64,000 nucleotides of DNA from an uncultured Methanomassiliicoccales archaeon. GTDB lineage: Archaea > Thermoplasmatota > Thermoplasmata > Methanomassiliicoccales > UBA472. Each line of letters starts with the position of its first letter. Positions within the stretch are counted from its first letter, which is position 1. Shown piece after piece: positions 28,898 to 37,677 of this stretch. The notes under the pieces are model-generated. The model was not told the origin of the DNA. It saw only the letters and a program-made list of their open reading frames with translations, and ran no database searches. The position numbers were made by a program, and so were the translations under genes. Where the stretch lies: contig CAVWKV010000082.1 in the NCBI GenBank assembly GCA_963755265.1, positions 13,203-77,202 of the forward strand. The letters run 5' to 3'.

Positions 28898-29344
28898 ATC
28901 AATACCTCTGCATGTCTAAAATATCGACATCGTTGATATTTAGATTCTTAGAATAAGGAGATGCTTCAATGTAGATTCAATCTTCAAAATAAATAGGGAA
29001 GAGGCCATTCACTTGGTTCTCTTAATGAATGTGTGATTTTGGATCTCAATAAATGCCTCATCCGTTTTTTCCTTCGATAACTGAATGAGATTGTCAACAA
29101 ATTAACCGCCGACGAGAGAATTCACAATGCGGTCCCTCCCATCGTTATCCTATGGTCGTGGTCCGAGACTTGGCGGGAGAAAATGCTTCCCGGATCCCGA
29201 GAATCCCTCCTTTGGCCCAGGGACAGGGAGAAAACGAGGTTCAAGGTCGACCTTAGCCCCTGAACCACATCAATTATAATCATTGGAACGGGCCCTTATA
29301 TTCCCGATTCGAACTAGCTGGTTAATGGATGATCCGGAGCTTCC

Positions 29345-29364
29345 ATATCTCTGGCCAGAGATAT
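29345..29364. repeat. perfect 20-bp palindrome ATATCTCTGGCCAGAGATAT
   Basis: Self-complementary when read by hand. Lies about 90 nt upstream of the RR-PAS-kinase ATG. Confidence 0.6.
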
Positions 29365-29451
29365 TAGGTCGGAGGATCAGATGGTGTTCATTCTAAATAG
29401 AGACCTCAAGGAGAGTCCATAAATACGCCCACCCATCTATGATTCGGTCAC

Positions 29452-31398
29452 ATGTCAAATCTTCCGATTAAGGTCTTGGCCGTTGATGACGAGCCTGACC
29501 TAGGCATCCTTTCCAAGGAGTTCTTGGAAGTGTCCGGAGACATCGAGGTCGACGTCATCTACTCAGTTCGTGAGGCCAGGACAGCCCTGTTAGAAAAACG
29601 ATACGACGCAATCGTTTCCGATTACCAGATGCCAGATGAGGACGGCATACAATTTTTAAAATCTTTACGGGTTGTTGGCGATAATATCCCATTCATCCTT
29701 TTTACTGGCAAAGGGCGGGAGGAGGTGGTCATCGAGGCTCTGAACAATGGAGCTGATTCGTATCTCCAAAAAGGTGGTATGCCGGCTCCTATGTATGTCG
29801 AACTTGCCCACCGTATTCGTACGGCTGTGCGCAAATACCAGACGGACAAGGAAGTGGAACAGAGGAACATGAAGTTGCAGATCGCCAACAAGGAATTGGC
29901 GGCGGCGAAGCTGGAATTGAGCTCTCAACTGGATGAGATCCGCATCGGTAATGAGGCGATGGCGGTGGCTGAGGAAGAACTGAGAACGAGCGAATCAAGG
30001 TATCGCAGCCTGTTCGAAGGCATGTCAAACGGGGCAGCGGTCCACCAGATCATATGCGATGATGATGGAACGCCTGTCGACTATCGTTTCCTAGAACTTA
30101 ACGCAGCGTTCGAGAGCATTACGGGATTGAACCGAACCGAGATACTTGGAAAGACCGTATGCGAGGTCTTGAAGGAAGTGGAGCCGATATGGATCAAACG
30201 GTATGGGCAAGTGGCCCTGACAGGCGTTCCAGATCACTTTGAAAGTTACGCCCATGCCTTGGACCGTTCCTATGAGGTTTCCGTTTATCGGAATGCACCG
30301 ATGCAATTCACCGTCATCATCACCGATGTCTCAGTCCGGAAGAAGGCAGAGGATGCTCTTCGTATGAGCGAAGAGAAATTCAAGGCGATTGCAGAATATG
30401 CGGCAAGCTGGGAATCCTGGTTCAATCGGGATGGAGAATTATTATGGATGAACTCTTATTCAACAACTCTGACTGGTTATACGCCAGAAGAGTACATAAT
30501 CGCCAAAGACTTCGTTTCCATGGCGATAGCGGAGGAAGACCGTCAAGAAGCAAGCAAGTGGATCCATGAGGCGATCCAGGGCAGCAGTGGCGATAACCTG
30601 GAGCTGCAGGCATTACGCAAAGACGGCTCCAAATTCTGGATATCCATTTCCTGGCGGCCGATTCTGGATTCGAATGGGCGTTCACTAGGTTTCCGGACCA
30701 GTTCACAGGATGTCTCAGAAGGTAAACGGGCCGAAGAGGCATTGAAGCAAGCGAGCCTCAAGCTAGGAATGTTGAACAGCATAACCAGGCATGATATCCT
30801 TAACCAGATGCAGGTCCTCACTGGATACTTGGCACTGATCAACCTTCGGGAAAAGGATCCTGAACTGGTAGCCTATCTGGATAAAATGTCCCGAGCGGCC
30901 ACCAACGTACAACAGCAGATCGCTTTCACAAAGGACTATCAGGACATAGGAAGTCAAGCACCGATCTGGGTATCGATTGGTCGCCAGACCGCAGAGGCCT
31001 TTGTCCAGCTACACCTGAAAGGTGTGGCGTTGGAGGAAAGGACCGAAGGGATCGAGATCCTGGTCGATCCGTTGGTCATGAAGGTGCCATACAATCTGAT
31101 CGATAACTCCATGCGGCATGGGGAGCACGTCAACCGGGTCAAGATGAGCATTGAGCAGATCGGTGGTGCTATGATGATTATTTATGAGGACAATGGAGTA
31201 GGCATCGGCTCTGAGGATAAGGAACGAATCTTCAATAAGGGGTACGGCAAGAATACTGGCCTCGGGCTATTCCTGATTCGAGAGGTGCTTGCTATCACCG
31301 GGACCACCATCAAGGAATGTGGACAGCCCGGAACCGGCGTCCGGTTCGAGATCACGGTGCCTCCTGGGAGCTGGAGGCGTACCGGACATGAACGATAG
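29452..31398 (+). CDS. hybrid response-regulator receiver / PAS / histidine kinase
   Basis: REC domain (VLAVDDEP...VSDYQMPDEDG...TGKG), coiled linker, two PAS-like regions, H-box ITRHDILNQ, and an HATPase domain (DNGVGI...GLGLFLIREV...GTGVRFEITVP). Confidence 0.85.
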   Translation: MSNLPIKVLAVDDEPDLGILSKEFLEVSGDIEVDVIYSVREARTALLEKRYDAIVSDYQMPDEDGIQFLKSLRVVGDNIPFILFTGKGREEVVIEALNNGADSYLQKGGMPAPMYVELAHRIRTAVRKYQTDKEVEQRNMKLQIANKELAAAKLELSSQLDEIRIGNEAMAVAEEELRTSESRYRSLFEGMSNGAAVHQIICDDDGTPVDYRFLELNAAFESITGLNRTEILGKTVCEVLKEVEPIWIKRYGQVALTGVPDHFESYAHALDRSYEVSVYRNAPMQFTVIITDVSVRKKAEDALRMSEEKFKAIAEYAASWESWFNRDGELLWMNSYSTTLTGYTPEEYIIAKDFVSMAIAEEDRQEASKWIHEAIQGSSGDNLELQALRKDGSKFWISISWRPILDSNGRSLGFRTSSQDVSEGKRAEEALKQASLKLGMLNSITRHDILNQMQVLTGYLALINLREKDPELVAYLDKMSRAATNVQQQIAFTKDYQDIGSQAPIWVSIGRQTAEAFVQLHLKGVALEERTEGIEILVDPLVMKVPYNLIDNSMRHGEHVNRVKMSIEQIGGAMMIIYEDNGVGIGSEDKERIFNKGYGKNTGLGLFLIREVLAITGTTIKECGQPGTGVRFEITVPPGSWRRTGHER

Positions 31399-31458
31399 AT
31401 TTCATACCGTTGTTTTCAGAAATTAGCTTAATTATCTTCAGCCTGCATACCAGCTGTT

Positions 31459-31877
31459 ATGACGCTGGATGGAACCTTCACCCACCTGGCGAAGCTCACC
31501 ACGAATCGGTTGTACCTTCGCCAAATGCGGATCGATGATACCGACGCGGTCTACGCATTCAAGTCCGATCTGAAGGTAACATGGCGCTATGGCTAGCAAC
31601 CTCATGGAACAAAGGAGGAGATAAAGGCACGGATCCAACGAAGGGTGACGGACTTCGGACGCCGTGACTCCGTCTTCTGGGTGATGACCTCAAGGACGAG
31701 GATATCGCGATCGGCGGTTGCTGCTTCTGGAACTTCAGCCTGGATTTCAAGTGTGCAGAGATCGGTTACGAACTTCACCAAGTTTATTGGAACAAAGGTC
31801 TAATGATCGAAGCTGTGAAGGCGGTCCTTTCCTTCGGGTTCGATGAAATGGGTTGTAGCAATTTGAACCTTATATGA
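31459..31877 (+). pseudogene. GNAT (RimJ/RimL-like) acetyltransferase, 5' part, decayed
   Basis: TTNRLYLRQMRIDDTDAVYAF...IAIGGCCFWNF...AEIGYELHQVYWNKGLMIEAVKAVLSFGFDEMG. Lesions are an in-frame TAG at 31594-31596, a 1-nt frameshift near 31680, and truncation before the N..S...GF..EG C-terminal block. Confidence 0.7.
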
Positions 31878-32005
31878 TGTAAAAGACCGGAGTCTTCTTT
31901 TTCTAGATTAATGACAAGTGTTTGGATCGATCAAGAGTAGCCGATCTGCGGAGAGTCAATATAACAAAGCATTTTATATTCCACTTCTCATTCATATGAA
32001 ATTTA

Positions 32006-33775
32006 ATGTGCATACATATGATTAATAATATTCATAATAAGATGCAGAAAAAGCAAATGAAGTTGAGAGTTGCATCCAGGACACTAATAAGCAGTGTTTA
32101 TAAAGATGCATTAAGCACGATAGCGGTATTGAGTGGTGAAACTGCAAGTGACAGTGTGAATTGGAGCGAACCTGAAAATCAGGGTGTTATGATAGTTTTA
32201 ACCGCTTCGAATCTTGAGATGAGTGATTTTAATCTTAATCCGTTTTTAGCATTCGCCGGTGGTTTTCCCCAATTCTTAGTACAAAAAAATCTTTATCCTT
32301 CATTGCCCTCGAACCCAGATGGAACGGCCAAGTTCGCTCCCTATGGTTTGAGAAAGGTCGAATCGTTACTAATCGAGGAGTTCGGGGAGGAGAACGTTGT
32401 TGTTTCGAGCCCTAAAAACCTCCATAAATTCATAGGAACGGGGACGAAGGTCATAGGCATCTCCACCATGGACCCGCTGGGGACGGGTTTTGTAAGCCGG
32501 ACCTATACCAGCATTCTCGGCCTAAATGGAAAACCAGCCACTATGGTCGAATTTGAAGACCTGCTTTCTAATCCATTACTAAAAGAAAGCAAGGCCTGGA
32601 TCATCGTAGGCGGTTCAGGCGCATGGCAAATTCCGGAAGCAAACATGCAAGAGGCCCTTGGCATCGACACTGTTGCCGTGGGCCAGGCGGAACGCTCACT
32701 CGTCCAAATATTCAGAAAGGCATTGGCAGGCGAAGAACTGAGCAGCAAAATAACAATGCAGGTACCATCGCACGAGGAGATTCCACAAATAAAGAAGGCG
32801 TCGATCTATGGTACAGTGGAGATTATGAGGGGTTGCGGGAGGGGTTGTTCTTTCTGCTCTCCAACGCTTCGACAGCGTTTCTCATTCCCTCAAGATCGCA
32901 TTCTAAAGGAAGTGGAGATGAATGCGAGAAATGGCACCAGGATGATCATGCTGCAGACAGATGACCTCTTCTTATACCAAGCAAAGTCCAACTTCATTCC
33001 CAATAGCGAGGCGATAGTCGACCTTATCCATGCAGTGGACGGGGTCGCAGGTGTCGAATATCTGCAGGTGGCCCATGCATCACTTGCACCTATGGTCTAC
33101 GACCAAAAACTCGTTGAAGCGATCGCGCCAACATTGGTCGATAAGTCCGTATGGTCATTAAAGGGCGATCGTTACGCCTCCATAGAAGTAGGAATCGAGA
33201 CCGGTAGTGCCCGCCTCATGAAGCAACACATGCGCGGCAAGATGCTGCCATATAAGCCGGAACAATGGCAGGACGTGGTCGTCAAGGCCGTTGAGATAAT
33301 GAATGACAATAGTGTCTACCCTTTGGCAACGCTCATACTTGGCCTGCCAGGAGAACAACCGGACGATGTGCTCGCTACAATCGATCTCCTGGACCGGTTG
33401 GAGGGCTCCAAAATATTCTATGTTCCCCTTCTTTTCACCTCCGAAGAGGAATCAAACCTCAGGCAACAGAAACACGGAAACCTAAAGAACTTGGATGGCC
33501 CCCAATGGGAAGTCATATCAAGATGTTGGAAGCACAACATCGATGTCTGGAGCCCCGAATTGAGCACGCCGGTTATGCTGGCCAGTCTTCTCTCGTATCC
33601 CCTTTATAGATTGAAACACGGGAAGAAGATCTTCGAACCCATCATGAGAATATCTGGATTGGAGGAGAGGTTCTTGGGCAGGAAAGTGGGGGTAAAATGT
33701 CAACCGGCCTATTGTACTCCTAATCTTGAGCTCGTTGAAGAGAATGGGGTGGAATCTTGCCGGAAAACGCAATAA
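32006..33775 (+). CDS. radical SAM protein with large N-terminal Rossmann/B12-binding-like domain (paralogue A1)
   Basis: IMRGCGRGCSFCSP (CX3CX2C), GIETGSARLM, ILGLPGEQPDD. Collinear with ORF 37678-39273. The true start may be an internal Met. Confidence 0.8.
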   Translation: MCIHMINNIHNKMQKKQMKLRVASRTLISSVYKDALSTIAVLSGETASDSVNWSEPENQGVMIVLTASNLEMSDFNLNPFLAFAGGFPQFLVQKNLYPSLPSNPDGTAKFAPYGLRKVESLLIEEFGEENVVVSSPKNLHKFIGTGTKVIGISTMDPLGTGFVSRTYTSILGLNGKPATMVEFEDLLSNPLLKESKAWIIVGGSGAWQIPEANMQEALGIDTVAVGQAERSLVQIFRKALAGEELSSKITMQVPSHEEIPQIKKASIYGTVEIMRGCGRGCSFCSPTLRQRFSFPQDRILKEVEMNARNGTRMIMLQTDDLFLYQAKSNFIPNSEAIVDLIHAVDGVAGVEYLQVAHASLAPMVYDQKLVEAIAPTLVDKSVWSLKGDRYASIEVGIETGSARLMKQHMRGKMLPYKPEQWQDVVVKAVEIMNDNSVYPLATLILGLPGEQPDDVLATIDLLDRLEGSKIFYVPLLFTSEEESNLRQQKHGNLKNLDGPQWEVISRCWKHNIDVWSPELSTPVMLASLLSYPLYRLKHGKKIFEPIMRISGLEERFLGRKVGVKCQPAYCTPNLELVEENGVESCRKTQ

Positions 33776-33866
33776 ATCGGGCCGATATGGCCAAGAGGGG
33801 GGCTTCGATTGGTATTATGCCATGGCCACTCGCCGCAGGAAACTGCCTTGCTGTCGTTAGGCGGGG

Positions 33867-35801
33867 GTGAAATTAGTCATGCCGTTCAATAAGATACTCC
33901 TGATCAAACCTTCCGGCAGGCATGGCCTCTCCTATGCATTCGACCTGATTCCCACTGGGCTTGAATATTTGGCAGCCGCAGTCGAGGATGTAGTGGAGGA
34001 TGTGACCATCTTAGATGTAGAGATGGACCGCCGACCTTTCCAACAGGCTGTTGAAGAGTCCCTGATTGCCATGGACCCAGACCTTGTTGGGATAACGATG
34101 TCAGCCACAGAGCATAGCCAAGGTCTTGAGATAGCACGTTTAGCCAAGAGTCGAGGGGCCGCGACCGTATTGGGCGGATATCATCCCACCGCCATCCCAG
34201 ATGAGCTTCTATCCCACCCCCAGGTGGATTTAGTGGTCCGGGGTGAGGGTGAGATGACCTTGCGCGAACTAGTGATAAAGGGAGATGCTCAGGGGGTACC
34301 GGGACTCTCATACAGGATGGATGATCGAATCATCCACAACCCAGATAGAGAGTTCATTAAGAACTTGGACAGCCTGCCTTTTCCCGCTCGGCACCTAAGG
34401 AAGCATGTCTATAGTACAAGACTGATGCGAGACCGGGATTATGATGTGCTGACAACATCCAGAGGGTGTTGGGGCAAATGCACTTTCTGCTGTGAACCGA
34501 CAGTAAGCAGGGGCCATCAACGTTTCCGTTCTCCCGAGAACGTGATGAAAGAGATATTGGAAATCGTCTCTTTCCATGACCACAGGCCTCTCAGCATAGA
34601 TGTCACGGACCCTCATTTTCTCGGCAGTCCAAAACATGTGGAGCGGCTATGCGACCTATTGGCCCAGCAAGAGTTTGACATTCGGTTCGGGGTCAAGGTA
34701 CGGGCAGACTCTGTAGCGAAGCACCCAGACATAGTACGGAAAATGATCGCTGTGGGGATAGAGGGTTTCGAGATGGGTATAGAAAGTCCAAACATGGAGG
34801 ATCTCAAATCGATATCCAAGGGCTTGAGTACAGATGTTCACATCCAAGCGGTCAATAATATCAAAAAATGGGGTGGTAATGCTGGCGGGACCTTCGTTAT
34901 TGGTCTTCCCGATCAGACGGAAGAGCAGATACTCGGATTCCCCACATACGCCAAGAAGATCGGTCTTACGAGCACAGCCTATGGCATCGCCACACCTTTT
35001 CCCGGAACGCAGTTCTATGAAGAGCTGAATGCTCAGGGTCTGATCATTGAAACCGACTGGAATCGCTACGATGAGATGCACGCAATATTCGCGTCCAAGC
35101 ATCTCTCCGCTGAACGAATCGAAGAGTTAGCATCCATCTGCATGGCTAGATTCTGGACCGTGGATATGTTCATAGAAAAGGAACGGATGCATGTAATTAG
35201 GAATTTGTCTAAAAGGTCTCTTGCTAAGTTCGTTGATGACAAGATGCAGGAGCTTAGTTTCTCGCTAGATATGGGATCCCAACTTCAGAATGAAAACCTG
35301 GGAAAACACGTCTTGTCTGTAATAGAAGCGTCTGCAGACCCCTGCGTGGAAAGATATACCAGGGAAGTGGGCGTTCATAACATCATTGATATGGCCCTGC
35401 TCCTAAGATTGATCGGCAATCAAACGGTGCAGCTTACAGTGAATAACAATGAGATAGCTGTCACGAGCTGGATAATTAAGACTTCACGAACGGGTGTAGA
35501 ATATATCCAGGTGATCCCAGGAAAATCGGATTTGGCAACGATCAATCTGAACGTTGATCTGGACGATTTCGAGTTCGGTGGAGGCCGAGATCTGAACATT
35601 ATCGATAGCATTCGCATAGCAGGTAGAATGGTCACCTCGGATCGGAGTATCGATAATCAGACGAATTTGGCCCGATTGATCACGGCCTGTGGCCTCGAGT
35701 TAGTAAAGTATCTATTATGCGAGCCTAGAATCGCAGTTCCAGTCATTGTTAGGTCGAGGATTGGATGTCTAAAAGACAAAATCTTGACCCAGGAATTATG
35801 A
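33867..35801 (+). CDS. B12-binding-domain radical SAM protein (class-B-like)
   Basis: The N-terminal domain LLIKPSG...PTGLEYLAAAV...DLVGITMSATEH...VLGGYHPTA...VVRGEGE resembles the cobalamin-binding domain. It is followed by TSRGCWGKCTFC and a ~200-aa C-terminal extension. Confidence 0.85.
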   Translation: MKLVMPFNKILLIKPSGRHGLSYAFDLIPTGLEYLAAAVEDVVEDVTILDVEMDRRPFQQAVEESLIAMDPDLVGITMSATEHSQGLEIARLAKSRGAATVLGGYHPTAIPDELLSHPQVDLVVRGEGEMTLRELVIKGDAQGVPGLSYRMDDRIIHNPDREFIKNLDSLPFPARHLRKHVYSTRLMRDRDYDVLTTSRGCWGKCTFCCEPTVSRGHQRFRSPENVMKEILEIVSFHDHRPLSIDVTDPHFLGSPKHVERLCDLLAQQEFDIRFGVKVRADSVAKHPDIVRKMIAVGIEGFEMGIESPNMEDLKSISKGLSTDVHIQAVNNIKKWGGNAGGTFVIGLPDQTEEQILGFPTYAKKIGLTSTAYGIATPFPGTQFYEELNAQGLIIETDWNRYDEMHAIFASKHLSAERIEELASICMARFWTVDMFIEKERMHVIRNLSKRSLAKFVDDKMQELSFSLDMGSQLQNENLGKHVLSVIEASADPCVERYTREVGVHNIIDMALLLRLIGNQTVQLTVNNNEIAVTSWIIKTSRTGVEYIQVIPGKSDLATINLNVDLDDFEFGGGRDLNIIDSIRIAGRMVTSDRSIDNQTNLARLITACGLELVKYLLCEPRIAVPVIVRSRIGCLKDKILTQEL

Positions 35802-36017
35802 GTAATAAGTGAATCTACGGTCGGACAGTATGGGAAGTTGCGTAATGTTACCTGTTACCATAGAGATATCCGTCCGGTATGCACTTAGGCACATCGACGG
35901 GAAGATTGATGGATTATTGAATTGAATCGGATCGCGAGGAAATCTAATTGGGATTTCAAATCGGTTGGTTTAAATGAACAATCAAGCTTCGCCCATCATT
36001 AAACCGACTGTCCAGGC

Positions 36018-36398
36018 TTATCGGGTTGCCTTTGAGGACTCGATTACTTTAGTAATGTCGTCAATCATGTTGTTGATTTTGTCTTCTATCTTTTCCCACG
36101 CTTCTTGAATCTGTACAGATTGATAAACATACTTCAATCGCGTCCCTTGCTCGACCCTTTTTGTCACCAGCCCCTCTTCTTCCAACCTTTTGATATACTT
36201 TCTTATTGATCTTTCCGAGATGTCCATCTGCTCCTCTATCTCTTTAATGGTAAACGAGGTCTTCAATAACAAATCGTAAATCTTGACTTCCACCGTGCTA
36301 AGGTTAAGAAATTCTAGGACGACGTTGAAAACATCAATCGGCTTGCCTTTCCGATTGAGCGCATTTTCAATATCGCCTATATAGTTGCCTTTGGCCAT
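36018..36398 (-). CDS. TrmB-like winged-helix transcriptional regulator
   Basis: VEVKIYDLLLKTSFTIKEIEEQMDISERSIRKYIKRLEEEGLVTKRV resembles the TrmB N-terminal HTH. Confidence 0.7.
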   Translation of the reverse strand: MAKGNYIGDIENALNRKGKPIDVFNVVLEFLNLSTVEVKIYDLLLKTSFTIKEIEEQMDISERSIRKYIKRLEEEGLVTKRVEQGTRLKYVYQSVQIQEAWEKIEDKINNMIDDITKVIESSKATR

Positions 36399-36627
36399 AA
36401 ATAGGATAATGGAAGCAACACTATTAGATATTTCATACGTAGGAAAATATTGACGTTGGAATGGACAGTTTCTCTATGGTTGTCTGATCGAACAAGATTC
36501 TTATCCGTGTGTTCTACCTTTATAAATTAATAATGAATTGGAGCGCCCGAATTCTTGGCGATACAGGAATTTTATTGATCACATCAGCATTGACATTTTA
36601 CTAATCTGGAAATTGTGGATTGAACAT

Positions 36628-36759
36628 ATGAAGAAATATTTTCATATATATGTAGTGTATTATGCAATTATAATCGGCGTGATAGCATCGACCATTTCAA
36701 TGATACGTGTGGAGCATCGCTCTCAGCCGTTTCAGATGAACTGTCAGGTAAAAAAATGA
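36628..36759 (+). CDS. possible 43-aa small hydrophobic peptide
   Basis: ATG 36628 gives MKKYFHIYVVYYAIIIGVIASTISMIRVEHRSQPFQMNCQVKK, with one TM-like helix. No SD seen. It could be non-coding. Confidence 0.2.
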   Translation: MKKYFHIYVVYYAIIIGVIASTISMIRVEHRSQPFQMNCQVKK

Positions 36760-36891
36760 ACGAATCCTTTTGACATTCAAACAACAAGGATTGAGACTGA
36801 CTTTGCCTAACAGGGATTCATGATGTGTGTCGCGATGGAAGTCGATTAAAAAGAGGGATTAATAGTGCCGAACGAGGGAGTCTCATTTTTT

Positions 36892-36928
36892 AATATTAAG
36901 ATACGAAATATTAAGACGAGATTTAAGA
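36892..36928 (+). promoter_or_regulatory. three direct repeats AATATTAAGA / AATATTAAGA / ATTTAAGA with about 15-nt period
   Basis: Copies read at 36892, 36907 and 36921, immediately upstream of ATG 36952. AT-rich and TATA-like; candidate operator or promoter. Confidence 0.4.
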
Positions 36929-36951
36929 CCAGGTCGTTTTGCCGAAGTCAG

Positions 36952-37626
36952 ATGATTCGCCGAGACGACAATACGGCACATCATTTGTTATTACTCATGA
37001 TAGTTGCTGGCACGACATCAATAATTGCACTGCTCATCATGGCCAGCAATCCGACTTACTTTTTTGTTTCATTATTAGCAGGAGCGGCTTCCATGGTCAT
37101 CGATTTCGTGGTCGAATATGCTGGAATCCGAAGAAAGAAATGGGATTACCCCGGGGCTTGCATAGGATTAACGTTCCGGAATGTGCCATTGGAGGTGCCG
37201 CTCCTTTTCTATTTCTGTGGAATATTCGCCACCTTCGTTACCTTTCTCGTCTCAGGGCAATCTGTTAGCACCATATTCTCATATCAAGTGGTTGCCGGGC
37301 TTGACCCGGTTCAAATTATCCTGTTAATCATAGCTTCTTTCTTTCTTATCCAATATTCATTAGGTAAGATCAAGACCTTGGTCTTTTGGACCCTTCCGCT
37401 CAGCATTACGCTATACATATCCTTTCCAGAGCCCTGGTTATTAGCAATCTCGATCATTCCCATTTACCTAGATTATTATCTTGAAAAGCAACTGGTGAAG
37501 TCCTCAGATATCGCGTATAATGGTTATGATGAAGATGTCGCGATCAATATCGCCAACAGTTACTTTCCTACCACACTCTTGATCCTGGGGATTGTAGCGA
37601 TGCTCCTGCACGTCCTAGCAATATAA
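36952..37626 (+). CDS. polytopic membrane protein with lycopene-cyclase-domain-like motif
   Basis: MVIDFVVEYAGIRRKKWDYPGACIGLTFRNVPLEVPLLFYF resembles the D..E..G....W.Y....PLEE..FF pattern of the CrtYc/d lycopene cyclase domain. About 6 TM helices. The track start GTG 36865 would include the repeat region. Confidence 0.55.
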   Translation: MIRRDDNTAHHLLLLMIVAGTTSIIALLIMASNPTYFFVSLLAGAASMVIDFVVEYAGIRRKKWDYPGACIGLTFRNVPLEVPLLFYFCGIFATFVTFLVSGQSVSTIFSYQVVAGLDPVQIILLIIASFFLIQYSLGKIKTLVFWTLPLSITLYISFPEPWLLAISIIPIYLDYYLEKQLVKSSDIAYNGYDEDVAINIANSYFPTTLLILGIVAMLLHVLAI

Positions 37627-37677
37627 AATATCAGAAGGACCAATATTTTAGGTTTGAACCAGTGAGGAGGTTATCAA

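Noticed and set aside
29238-29262. GGTTCAAGGTCGACCTTAGCCCC as a degenerate copy of the tRNA-Val 3' end (possible attR)
   Set aside because: Too many mismatches and an indel relative to GGTTCGAATCCGGCTGAGCCCA, and no T-arm pairing. It is indistinguishable from chance by eye.
36538-36759. 73-aa track ORF starting at TTG 36538
   Set aside because: The upstream 30 codons are AT-rich spacer with no support. Only the inner 43-codon ATG ORF is even marginally plausible.
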